Below, piece after piece: positions 1 to 11,359 of a stretch of 64,000 bases of DNA. The position numbers were made by a program, and so were the translations under genes. The stretch's first letter is position 1. Every line of letters starts with the position of its first letter. Origin of the DNA: Lama glama (lineage: Eukaryota); assembly GCA_028534125.1 (NCBI GenBank), contig CM052817.1, forward strand, positions 104,410,001 to 104,474,000. The letters are read 5' to 3'. The notes below the pieces were generated by a model. It saw only the letters and a program-made list of their open reading frames with translations, did no database searches and had not been told where the DNA came from.

Positions 1-1199
1 GATTGACTTTTGTTGGTGGGTGATGCTGAGAGCTCACTGACCCACAACGAATCGGTACCAGCCACGCTTTTTGGATGTAGAAGAAAGAAAACAGAGCAGT
101 CACACAAGTAAGGAAATTGTTGAAAAGGCACGGTATCTCTAATGGTTTCAAGGCTGATGTGGGTGCAAATCCTTAAAAACAATCATCTTTCCTAATGTCT
201 GTACTTGAAATGCAAAGCAATGTACTTAAGCAGTAAACCAATGACCATATATTGGTTCTGCTGTGTAGTTTTATGCGAGCAAGCAGTCTGTAAGGCGGGA
301 GATATGACTAGACTGGATTTCCCATGGCTCACCCGATGGAGGTTAATATAAGGGGGAATCATGCGAAGGTCCAAAACAGAGCCTTCACCATCGCCGTTCT
401 AGGTAAAGATGATGCCGACTAGTGTAAACTGGGCTATTAGTTTCTGTGATCCTCTGTTCTCTATATGAAGGTTACGTGGCACATAGTCCTTATTTAGAAC
501 TAAATAACACCAAAGACACTAAAGACGGTGTCTTTAAACCCCTTCTCATCATTTTCTATTTCTGTGAAGTTCAGCTCAATAACCCCACTAATCATGTATT
601 GAACATTCTTTACCATCAACAAGTTTTATATGTTACAAATTTTAATAATTTTATGTCCCTAACATTTGCATTTTACTTGCTGTATTATCAGCAAACATCA
701 GACGGATATAGCTGGATGTCTGACACTGTTAACAAGTGTTTGTTGATTGAATGAAATAATGAATACTGAATAAGTTCAGATGAATGAACACTGGATTTAT
801 GGCTGAAACTGGGATGACCCAAGTTAACTAGGGGCTCAAGTAAATTATTTCACTTATCCATTTCTATTCCATCCACAAAAATGGAAAGTTTGAAAGATAC
901 CTCTTAGATCTGCCATTTGGTAATGTTCTGATGTCTTCTGCTAGCATTTTTGTCCATCCAACATTACTTATAATGTTGATTTGATGAAATGAGTGATTCT
1001 AGGCAATCAAATGCAGTGATATCTTAATAAGTCAGAGACAAGGGATCACTTACGGTTTATCATCTTTTAAAAAATTTTTTTCAGTCGTTAGAAGATAATT
1101 GGAAGCCATGAAAAATAAAATTAAAATGTCATTCTAAACATAATAGTTTCATAAAAATGAAAAACAGTAACTGGATAGAGGCTAAAATATTTACATAAA

Positions 1200-1375
1200 A
1201 TATCTCATTTAATTCTTACAATAAAGGTACTTAAGGATAAGCACCATTGTTATTTACCTTTTACAATTACAGTAACAGGCACAGAGAAGTTAGGTAAATG
1301 TCCCAAGATTGCACAGCTAATCAGCAAATGATAGAGCCAGGACTCCAGCTTTGGAATTTCTGACTTCTCTGTGCC
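1200..1375 (-). mobile_element. MIR SINE
   Basis: ggcacagagaagttaggtaaatgtcccaagattgcacagct is the reverse-complement MIR core. Confidence 0.75.
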
Positions 1376-3943
1376 CTGACATGCTGTTCCATCCTGTCTC
1401 ACAATCACAGACCGTGAGCACTTGGAGGATTTATTTTGAAATTAATTTTCTAGACTGCTTGAATGGAAAATGCATTATTTATTACCACTTAAATTCCTAT
1501 TACTAAATTTTCTCTTATAATACTTTACGTTTTCTTCTTTGTCACTATTTTTATCACCAATTATTTTTAATATCTGAAATATAAACTTCACTAAGACAAA
1601 TAAGTCAATAATTGTAATGTTATAATACCACTCAGGACATTTTTTTTTCTAGAGACATTCTAAATTAACATGTCTTATTAAGTCAACAAATGTATTCTTA
1701 GAAGCCATTAACCTCGGTGAGAAGATTTGCTCATTTGCCCGTTTAGAATAAGTATGGATAGAATCTCTCTAGATTTCTAGTAGTTTCTGGACCTGGAGCT
1801 GCTTTTTAGCAACCAACTCAAGACTTTGGCAATTCTGGGCACCCTTTGGCTTTTCGGTAGTGCTCCACCGCATGTGGCTGCACACCAGGGCTGCCAGATG
1901 CCACAGGTGATCCACCCATGGGTTCCTGGGGACTGATGTGGGGCGTGGAAGTGCCCTGGGACCCGTGGGTCGACATCCCTGCAGAAACAAATGGAGCAGT
2001 GAGTGTATCCTTTGAGCTGCACATGCCATGCCATGGTTCTTTAATATGCTCAACCATAAATATATGCTTCTAAGTCAAGATTCTGCTTACATGTAGAGAG
2101 AAATAATGGATTTTTAGGGGTTTTACAGGTTGCCTGATTTTAAGGAGGTTTTAATTTAATTCTGACTAGCATCAAAAATTAGGACTAAAGCCGGATAATT
2201 GTATATGCTTTTTTTTCTTTTTTACTTAAATTCAGTCACACATATCAAATTTGTATAGGCTTCTTAGGACTTGCCACCAAGTGAGGGACCATCATGAAAG
2301 TTCAATTTTGTCCTTCCACAAAGACGTTCAGAGGGCAACTAGTTACATAGGCAAATGAGTCTTCCTAGTGATAAATAATAGTTTGCTAACATAGTTTTAT
2401 TTTGAACCGCTAATATTTTGATGACAGTCTATATCTATCTTTCTGTACTCTGGTTAAAATTTCTGTACTTTACATTTTTTTTTTATGTTTCTCAAAAATT
2501 TAAGACACTAAATTGTTTCCTGGACAATCTTGTTGTAAGTGGAGATCTTAGAAGTGTTCCCTTCGTTTGATCCCATAGAGTGTGGCTGGAAATGCATTTT
2601 TTTTTTTTTTGAATCTGCTTGTGGTCAAAGGTCTGAATGTCTTTTGAATCTCTGATATTGAAGCAGAGAATTTTCAGCAGCTATGCCAGCCCTGATTTTA
2701 TTAGATTTTATCCCTAGAGATTATCTCTATTATGAGAAATTCAAATGTCTTTAATAAATAGTCATTAATTGATGCTCCCTTTTTGCACATATGTGCATGT
2801 CTCGAATCTTAGTGATTTCCACTGAGATTAAAGTTCAGCCCTCTCAGATTTCCACATCTGGGTAGCCGATATCATGTAAACACTTCATAAACCTAAGAAA
2901 ACTCTCAAATATATGGAAGCTAATACCTTTGCTGGGGGACACTCAGCTAAAGAAGATGCAATATAACTTATAATACCAGAATTCTGGGTAGCACTTTTTA
3001 GCCAGAATCAGTCCGCTGTTCTTTCTACCTCTTTTAAAAATTTCAGCTCACCATCCTAGGTCAAAAGTATGATTACTTCTGATTAATCCAGAACTGCTAC
3101 CACCCTTCACAGACGGTATTACCACATGGAGGAGTTGCTCATATTGTGTATGGAATCCAAAATATAATATACTATGTTCAGAATCAATCCAATATTAAAT
3201 TACTTTGTATCTGTGACTTTATAATTTAGCTACACTTTAAAAACAGGTGTGGACTTTAATTTTTCCATTATAAATGCAGGAAAATAAAGGCATATTTTAT
3301 TACTCATGAATGAAATATCAGAAAAATTACCGTCATAATATACTCGCTGCCTAGTAGTCCCAAGAATACGTATGCTGATATTTCTCTGAAATATAGAGAA
3401 GTATTAGTAGTTCTATTTCATTTAGTAAGTATCTGTGATGTTCCAGGCAGGTATTGGGTTGGATCTAAAGAGAATAAAAATGTAATTGAAATATAATCCT
3501 CTTCCTTAAGAAACACTTTATCAAGTAAATGGTAGTAGGATAATATATAAAGTTACCCCCAAATCAATTTTATTAGTAATTGTTATTTATGCACAATGAG
3601 TCTTCAGAATTTTTACATAAAAGAAGTTTGAGGAAAATTTGAGAACTCATAGCTAGGGGATTTCTTCACAAGTGGTGTCTGCAGAGCAAGCAAATTTTTG
3701 GTTACATTGTATCTTTATCTGGGACAGCTTCTGCATGCCTGGTGGAGTCAGGTTACTCACCGAAGCTGAGTGGCTCAAGTCATTTCTATCACTCTCTATT
3801 GAAGCGTCTGCCAGAAATCCTACTCAGTCCAGTGCTTATAAGACTTCTAATCATTAAAAACTTCTAATCAAAAAAAAAAAAAGTGAAAGAGTAACATGAG
3901 GCACTGAAAAGTCAAGTGCTGGGCCAAGGTCACACAGCCAGCG

Positions 3944-4535
3944 TGTTGCCCGAGACCAGGTTCTTGTCCCGTCGCAGGAAGAATTCAGAGATGGGGGGCG
4001 GAGGTTAAGAAAGTGAAGTGGGGATTTATTAAGGAATATACAGTGCACTCTCAAGGGGAGAGCAGGCAGACTCAGGTGAGCAGCTGCCCTCAGTTTCTTT
4101 GGCAAGTTGTTTGCACAGGGTGTAAAAATGTATGGGCAGAATATTCACCAGGGAGAGAAGAGTCTGATTTTTTATCCCAGCTCCACCTTCCCAAAGGGAG
4201 GAGGGATTTTTGTCCTTATTTAGTCCAGATTGGAAGTGTCATGGTGTCATTACATGATGGATACTTCTGACTTACAAAGCTAATTTTATTGAAATGGAGA
4301 CATAATGAGCAAAAGGTTGCATTTGGACACTGGAGATTCCTGCCTTTTCCCACCTTTCTTTGTGGGCCTCCAGGCCACTCATCACCCAAAAATGTGTGAC
4401 CACTTATCAGCCCAGAGGTTCCTACTTTTCTTTGTCTGCCCAGGGACCCCTGTTGTTTTCATAATGTAGGGTTCCCTGTCTTTGGCCTGTGTCCCCCTTT
4501 CTCTGCTCATATCTAGCTATCTGCCTGCTCTAACA
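3944..4535 (-). mobile_element. Solo ERV1-type LTR inserted into a MIR
   Basis: TGTT...AACA termini, 4-bp TSD agcg/agtg, minus-strand AATAAA near 4025. The MIR core (ccaaggtcacacagc ... tttgaaccaag) continues on both sides. Confidence 0.8.
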
Positions 4536-6044
4536 AGTGAGAGGAGGACTGATCTAGAATTTGAACCAAGAACATCTAACTGCAGATTCACTCTTGTGCT
4601 TATTTATGATTAAGACCGTCTCATTGTATGCCTACCATCTGCGGTCTCACTTGGTGCCATCACCATTTCTTCCCAGCTCCTTACAGTAAACGCACATCTC
4701 CTCCTAGTTGTCCCTGACAGTGTTCCAACTTGAGACTTTCCTAGATGTGACGGAGACCCATGGAGGCTGGTGGTTGTGAGTGTCCTCAGGAGAGAGCCCG
4801 AGGAGGGCATCCTTCCCCTTGTCCTGGGGGACGAGTCAGAACCTCACGCCTCTACCGCTACCCATAGGTGAGACTGGAAGGAATAGTCTTAATTTTATGA
4901 AGCGGTGCTTCGTAACGCATTTCTAAAACTAATTGCTCCACACTTTCAGGAAATGGATTCGGAACTACTTCTAACAGATTTCTCTGATGTAATGAAATCC
5001 AGGCAGTATATAAATAACACTGAAAGTTTACATAAAATATAAGATTGACTCAGCTACCATTTCTTTGGCCCATAGTGTCCCGTGCTGAACACTTTCTTCC
5101 CCTGCTCTGATTTTATTCGCACAACCACCTTGGGAGGACCGCGTCCTTGTCAGTGGTCAACATGTGCGTCAGCAGAAGTTGCAGGTGGGTCAGTAACTTG
5201 ACCAAGGTGGTGCCGTAAATGGCGTGGTGGGAATTTGGTCCAACCATTCTGGCCAATTTACTGTTTGTTAATAATAATACTCTGTTAGATGATAACTCTC
5301 CAGTGCCTTCCTGGTCATTCCCTCCTGGGCCTGAGGCTGTGCAGATGTGGAGAAGTTGAATTTGATTGCACTATGGGCTCCTATGTGGTCAGTTGCTTTC
5401 CAACCCTCTCTCCTTTGTCTAATAATTATTCTAATAATAGTGGACAAGAATCCTGAAATGTGTGAATTCCTGAAGTGTAGGTTCCATTTTTGCTGTTGTT
5501 TGTTAAATAGCTGAAGAAGGGACTATTCCAGCCATGGAGGGGAAGAGAAAGACAGAGAGAAAGGCCACCTTAAAGCTGCTGTAATGATCTAGAAACGATC
5601 CACCTGTGATCTTTTCCATGCATGCCTGGGACTTACATTCATGCAAACTATGGTTGACATTGAGGGTGCATTCCCAAAAGAGCCCAGAAAAGCTTACTTC
5701 AAGATTTGTAACTGCAAATTTAACACAACATTGTAAAATGATTATAAATCAATTAAAAAAATGTTAAAATGAGTGGCCTGGAGGCCCACAAAAATTTGTA
5801 ACTCCAGCCTCCCTGGTGGGCCAATACGATCTTATCATATAATGAGGAATTGCCAAAAATGACATAAATAAATGACAGTGACGGGAAGGCCTGAAACCTG
5901 GGCAGTGTCCCCTTTTCTGTCACTATGTTCTGGTCCCCGTCCAGGTCATTGTGCCATTTGTCCAACTCAGGAAATCTCCTGTGTCCTCAGCTGTTTTACA
6001 GAACCAACACGTATGTACCCAAGGATAAAATGTCATCACCTTTC

Positions 6045-6046
6045 AT

Positions 6047-6091
<45 letters not shown>

Positions 6092-6495
6092 TTGATGTAT
6101 AGTTGATTTATAATGTGTTAGTTTCAGGTGTACAGCACAGTGATTCAGCCATATATACATATGCATATATATTCTGTATCATTATAGGTTATTACAAGGT
6201 ATGGAATTTAATTTCTGTGCTAAACAGTAGGTCCGTGTTGTTTATCTATTTTATACGTAGTAGTTAGTATCTGCAAACCCCAAACTGTCTATTTATCCCT
6301 CCCCTTCCTTTCCCCCCAGTAACCATAGGTTTGTTTTCTATGTCTATGTGTCTATTTCTGTTTTGTAAATAAGTTCATTTATATAATTTTTTTTAAGTTC
6401 CACATATAAGTGATACCATATTTGTCTTTCTCTGTCTGACTTCACTTAGTATGATCATCTCTAGGTCCATCCATGTATTGCAAATGGCATAGATC
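6045..6495 (-). mobile_element. 5'-truncated L1 3' end with (TTTA)n tail
   Basis: L1 3'UTR (gtttcaggtgtacagcacagtgattcag). TSD-like tcatcacctttc (6033-6044) / tcatcacatttc (6496-6507). Confidence 0.9.
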
Positions 6496-6789
6496 TCATC
6501 ACATTTCTCTATGTGTTACTGATGGAGGAAGGAGGGAGAAAGAGTCACATAGTAGAGTGGGGGCATGAATAGAAGAAGCCTGGCATGAAAATGGGACAAG
6601 CAGGCTTGAAGGAGTGACATCGCATACAAGAGAGGCTCCCTCCCCAAGGACAGGAGGAAGAATCAACAACCTTTGTACAGACCATAAACTTGCCTGAATA
6701 TGCATTTGCCTAAAAGTGTGTGTGTGTGTTTGCACGCATGTGTATGTGTGTGTGACATGAAGATTTTAGAATTTGTTAATCCTAGTCCA

Positions 6790-7425
6790 TCAAAAACAAA
6801 CACACGCACCCCAATGTTCATAGCAGCACTATTTACAATAGCCAAGACATGGAAGCAACCTAAATGTCCATCAACAGATGATTGGATAAAAATGTGTATA
6901 TACACACATTTATATATGTATGTATGGATACACACACACACACACACACCAGAATAGTATTCAGCCATGAAAAAAGAACAAAATAATGCCATTTGCAGCA
7001 ACGTGGGTGCACGTGGAAATCATCATATTAAGTGAAGTAAGTCAGACAGAGGAAGACAAATATCATACAACATTGCTTATATGTGGAATCTAAAAAAATG
7101 ACACAAATGAACTTATTTACAAACCAACAATAGACTCATAGACATAGAAAACAAACTGTGGTTACCAGAGGGGAAAGAGGGGGCAGGGATAAATTAGGAG
7201 TTTGGGATTAACATAGACACACTACTATATATAAAATAGATAAACAACAAGGACCTACTGTATAGCATAGGGAACTATATTTGATATCTTGTAATAACCT
7301 ATAATGGAAAAGAATCTGGAAAATATGTATGTATATGTATAACTGAATCACTTTGCTGTACACCTAAAACTAACACAACATTGTAAATCAGCTGTACTTC
7401 AATTAAAGAAAAATAAAATAAAATA
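6790..7425 (+). mobile_element. 5'-truncated L1 (ORF2 C-terminus plus 3'UTR)
   Basis: [29 protein letters not shown]-rich tail, and flanking direct repeat ttaatcctagtcca (6776-6789, 7433-7446). Confidence 0.92.
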
Positions 7426-7839
7426 CAGTGTCTTAATCCTAGTCCAGAATTTAGTAAAAACCTTAGCCTGGATTTTCCCTGACAGTGTCTTAAGAAATAG
7501 GTGGTTATTAAAGTACTTTTAATAAAGTGGAAGATAAAAAATGCTAATAGAAACAGCCTTCCATGAGGCACATTTTAAATGGTTGGTCAGTCTTACACAC
7601 AGTCTTATGAACACATCTCTGATCTTAAGTTAAATCCGTAGAAGTAAACAATATAACTCTTACACCAAAAGTGGCTTGAAAGCTACTTGATAGATTTTCT
7701 AGTAGCTGCAGAGTGTGGTCAATAAAATATGACCATACCTCCAGAGTACTAAGATGTTTATTTGATCAAAATAGCAGAAATTAATGATAATAAGTAACAA
7801 TAAGGCTATACTTTTATAACTTTTAAAAGATGACTTTTA

Positions 7840-8170
7840 TCTATCAGGGTCTAGAAAAAAAACAGATGGCCCTTCAAATGGTGTAATTAGGGGAGAATTA
7901 ATAGTCTGTTTACAGCAGGTGTGAGCAGAGTATAATATAAGGGATAGTTCAGTCCACCCTGGCTGGAAACAGCAGTGGGTGGCTGCCACCCATGGGCTTG
8001 AAAAGGTGAGCAGAAGGAGCATTCTCCAGAACCAGAGACAGAGAGGGCTTTGGGGACAGGGCCACCTGACTCCACCTGAGGGACACAGCCAGCCTCCAGT
8101 ATGTCTCAAGGACATGATGATGACTCTGATCTCATTATCCTCCCTTCCTACGGGAATCTCCTCCTGGGCT
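7840..8170. mobile_element. Old ERVL/MaLR-class LTR fragment, cut by the gap
   Basis: cagggtctagaaaaaaacagatggcccttcaaatggtgtaatt...agggatagttcagtccaccctggct resembles old eutherian LTR relics; subfamily uncertain. Confidence 0.5.
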
Positions 8171-8670
8171 NNNNNNNNNNNNNNNNNNNNNNNNNNNNNN
8201 NNNNNNNNNNNNNNNNNNNNNNNNNNNNNNNNNNNNNNNNNNNNNNNNNNNNNNNNNNNNNNNNNNNNNNNNNNNNNNNNNNNNNNNNNNNNNNNNNNNN
8301 NNNNNNNNNNNNNNNNNNNNNNNNNNNNNNNNNNNNNNNNNNNNNNNNNNNNNNNNNNNNNNNNNNNNNNNNNNNNNNNNNNNNNNNNNNNNNNNNNNNN
8401 NNNNNNNNNNNNNNNNNNNNNNNNNNNNNNNNNNNNNNNNNNNNNNNNNNNNNNNNNNNNNNNNNNNNNNNNNNNNNNNNNNNNNNNNNNNNNNNNNNNN
8501 NNNNNNNNNNNNNNNNNNNNNNNNNNNNNNNNNNNNNNNNNNNNNNNNNNNNNNNNNNNNNNNNNNNNNNNNNNNNNNNNNNNNNNNNNNNNNNNNNNNN
8601 NNNNNNNNNNNNNNNNNNNNNNNNNNNNNNNNNNNNNNNNNNNNNNNNNNNNNNNNNNNNNNNNNNNNNN
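8171..8670. other. Assembly gap (500 N)
   Basis: Exactly 500 N, a fixed-size scaffolding spacer. Confidence 0.98.
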
Positions 8671-10479
8671 GTGAGTTTCGGAAGTGGCGACAAGCATGAG
8701 CGGCCCTTCCAAAGGCCAGATGTTAGCACTTGAAGACTCTGGCTTTGGGGGCTGGATGAGGGAGACCCCTGAGTTGCTGTTCAGGTATCTGGCTTTATTA
8801 CCAGGATACATCTGTGGGGCAGGGACTGCGTTTACTGCTAAGAAGGACACAGGAGTAGAAGAAGATGGGGTTGAGGATCCTGGGACTTTCTAAACTACAG
8901 TAGGTTCTGGACAGACTGATCTGGGCTGGGGGTGGGTGGGCAGGAGGGAAGACATGTCAGCACGTACACTCAGATTTTCTTCTGGTAAATGATTCAATGA
9001 GGGTGTCCCTAAATCTGGAAGAATATTCCTGGAAAAATCCAGTGATTTTTGAAGCCCATGGCACAAGTGTCACCATGAAGCCCAGAAAGTCTCCTGACAC
9101 CTTCTCGCAAAGCACTGGCAGGCAGGGAGGTCATTTCAACCCCCTCCTCTTTCAGTGGATCTGAGCGTTTTGAGAGCCAAACACCAACTTCGTGACTCAT
9201 GGCCACAACTCACAGCTCCACCTTATACTCCACCCCCTTTGCCCAGATCTCACACCACATTGCCCAACGTCCATGACTCATTAGTTCGTGGACGCCTTCC
9301 TGAAAAATCCCAGTTACAGAAGTAAAACGTTCATTTTTTTAAAGTTGTGTTGACAACTGCCGAAAGTGATTCCATCTAAAAGGAGTTGCTTTTACACTTG
9401 ATGAAAAGTTAAAAGTGGCTACAGTTGTCCAGCTGACTGAGCAGCCTGGAAAATAAGACTGAATTGTATTATATTAATATGCAGCAAACAGCAAGGCACA
9501 GACCTCAGATGGATTCAACCTCCAGAATTCCGAGTATCTGATCCCAAGAAAGAAACTGTTGAAAAATCAAGGTATTTTTGAAAGCATGAAGTGAACCCCA
9601 AAGAGAAACAGACAACAAAAAGAACAGTACTCAGCTTAGAGCCGCCAAGCTGCCTTCCACATATCTCACACCAATAGCTTATTTCCATTTCAGGGTAGTA
9701 GAAGAGACAGCCGGAGTGTTTATTCTGAAATTACCTAGTGTGAGGCTGAAGACATTCGTTTCCTTAAAGGAGTCTGCCTGACATGTGGACTTCCTTATAA
9801 AATTGCATTAAATATGTATCAGCTTGGAGAGCCAACCAAAAGAGAATACCGCATTTTCAATTTAGCCTTGGTTACACTTGACCTGTTTTAAAGTGTTTCT
9901 CTAATGAAATGGAAGCAGTACCCAAATTAATTCTATGCAAGAGACAGAGCGGATTCTGTGCTGCTTAATCATAGTGCACACCATCCACTCGGCCTGAGTG
10001 TGGAAACAATATGGGGACGGCGATGGCTTTAATCCAGTGGACCTGATAACATTGTCATCATAAGCAAAATGAAGTTCAAGAGGTTTTCTGACCTGAATGT
10101 AACACTTATGTTTTACTAGAAGAAAGAAAGAAGGTCAGAGAACCAAAGAATTCTGCTGTGGCAGTTTTAGCTTATAGTTGTACCAACAACTCTGTAACCA
10201 GAGCGACTGAGCTAAGGAAGGGGGGTGGGAAATCCAGTCTTCTTCATTATCATCACCAGCGTATCTGCTAAAAGCTGGACACCTTTCTAGGCATGTTTCA
10301 CATAAATTAACTCCTAAGTGAGTTCATCCTTACAATCTAGCTTACTTATTTAAACACACACTTACAAACTTTTAAAGAAGTGTGGTCAGGACAGTTCTAA
10401 TGGTACCCAACTGGCAAGCTGGACACCTGGGATCCTGAAGACCCACCCCCTCCGCTCCCTGCTGCTGCCCTGATCAGTG

Positions 10480-11072
10480 ATGTACCAGTGCCCAGGGTGT
10501 GGCAGGCGCTCTGCTGAGGGTGGAAATGCGCACTGGACAAAATGTCACGGCCCTGTGGAGTTTTCACTAGTGGCAGAGACCAATGGCAGACAAGTCAAGA
10601 CAGAAGCCAGATGGTGTTATCAGACGTGGAAAGTGCTGCTGAAGGAATAGTCAGCACAGAGAACTGGAGGGGGGCATTTTTTGCTTGTTTTCAATGCAAC
10701 ATGAATAGGCAAGTCCTCTTTAAGGAAGAGAGATCTTAAGGAGAGACCTGAATGGTGCAAATGCACTAGACATAAGTCAGACGATTGTAGCATGAACGGT
10801 AAACTCTGAACTCCTGAGCAAGGGGCTTGGCATCTTCTAAGTAAGAACCAGTAGAAGGCTAGTCTGCCGAAAACAGTGTAATAACTAAGGGAGAGAAAAT
10901 AGTGAAATAGGAGGGAACAAATCATGAGCCACATCATCCAGGGACGTGTAGAACCTTCTGGATTTCATTGTAAGAATAATGGAAAGCTACAGAAGAATTA
11001 TGGTAAGGAAATGACATAGCCTAATTTATATCTTTTAAAAAGTATTCTAGATTCCGTGTGGAGAATAGATTG
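10480..11072 (-). mobile_element. L2 LINE fragment
   Basis: Typical antisense L2 3' region (ggatttcattgtaagaataatggaaagc...gtgtggagaatagattg). Confidence 0.7.
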
Positions 11073-11359
11073 CTTATTTTTTGTCTGCTTGATTGCAGTT
11101 TTTGAGACGGATATGTCAAGTCTCAAACAACAATCACTACTGTACCTGTTTCTTCCTTAAAACTTTTGATTTCTATGTTGTGAGTCTGTTTTACAAGTTA
11201 CACCTATATGTGTATATGTTTATAATGTCATGCCTTCTTTTCCTGTTTTTCTCTTTTCCAGTGTATAATATCCTCGTGATATTTTTGTCTTAAATTTTAT
11301 TTTGTTTGGTTTAACATTTTCTACCCCAGCTTTTTTTCACTGTTCATATTTTCCCTTTT

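Noticed and set aside
7837..8850. Long ORFs (337, 231, 210 and 193 aa) across the first gap
   Set aside because: Artefacts of translating N runs
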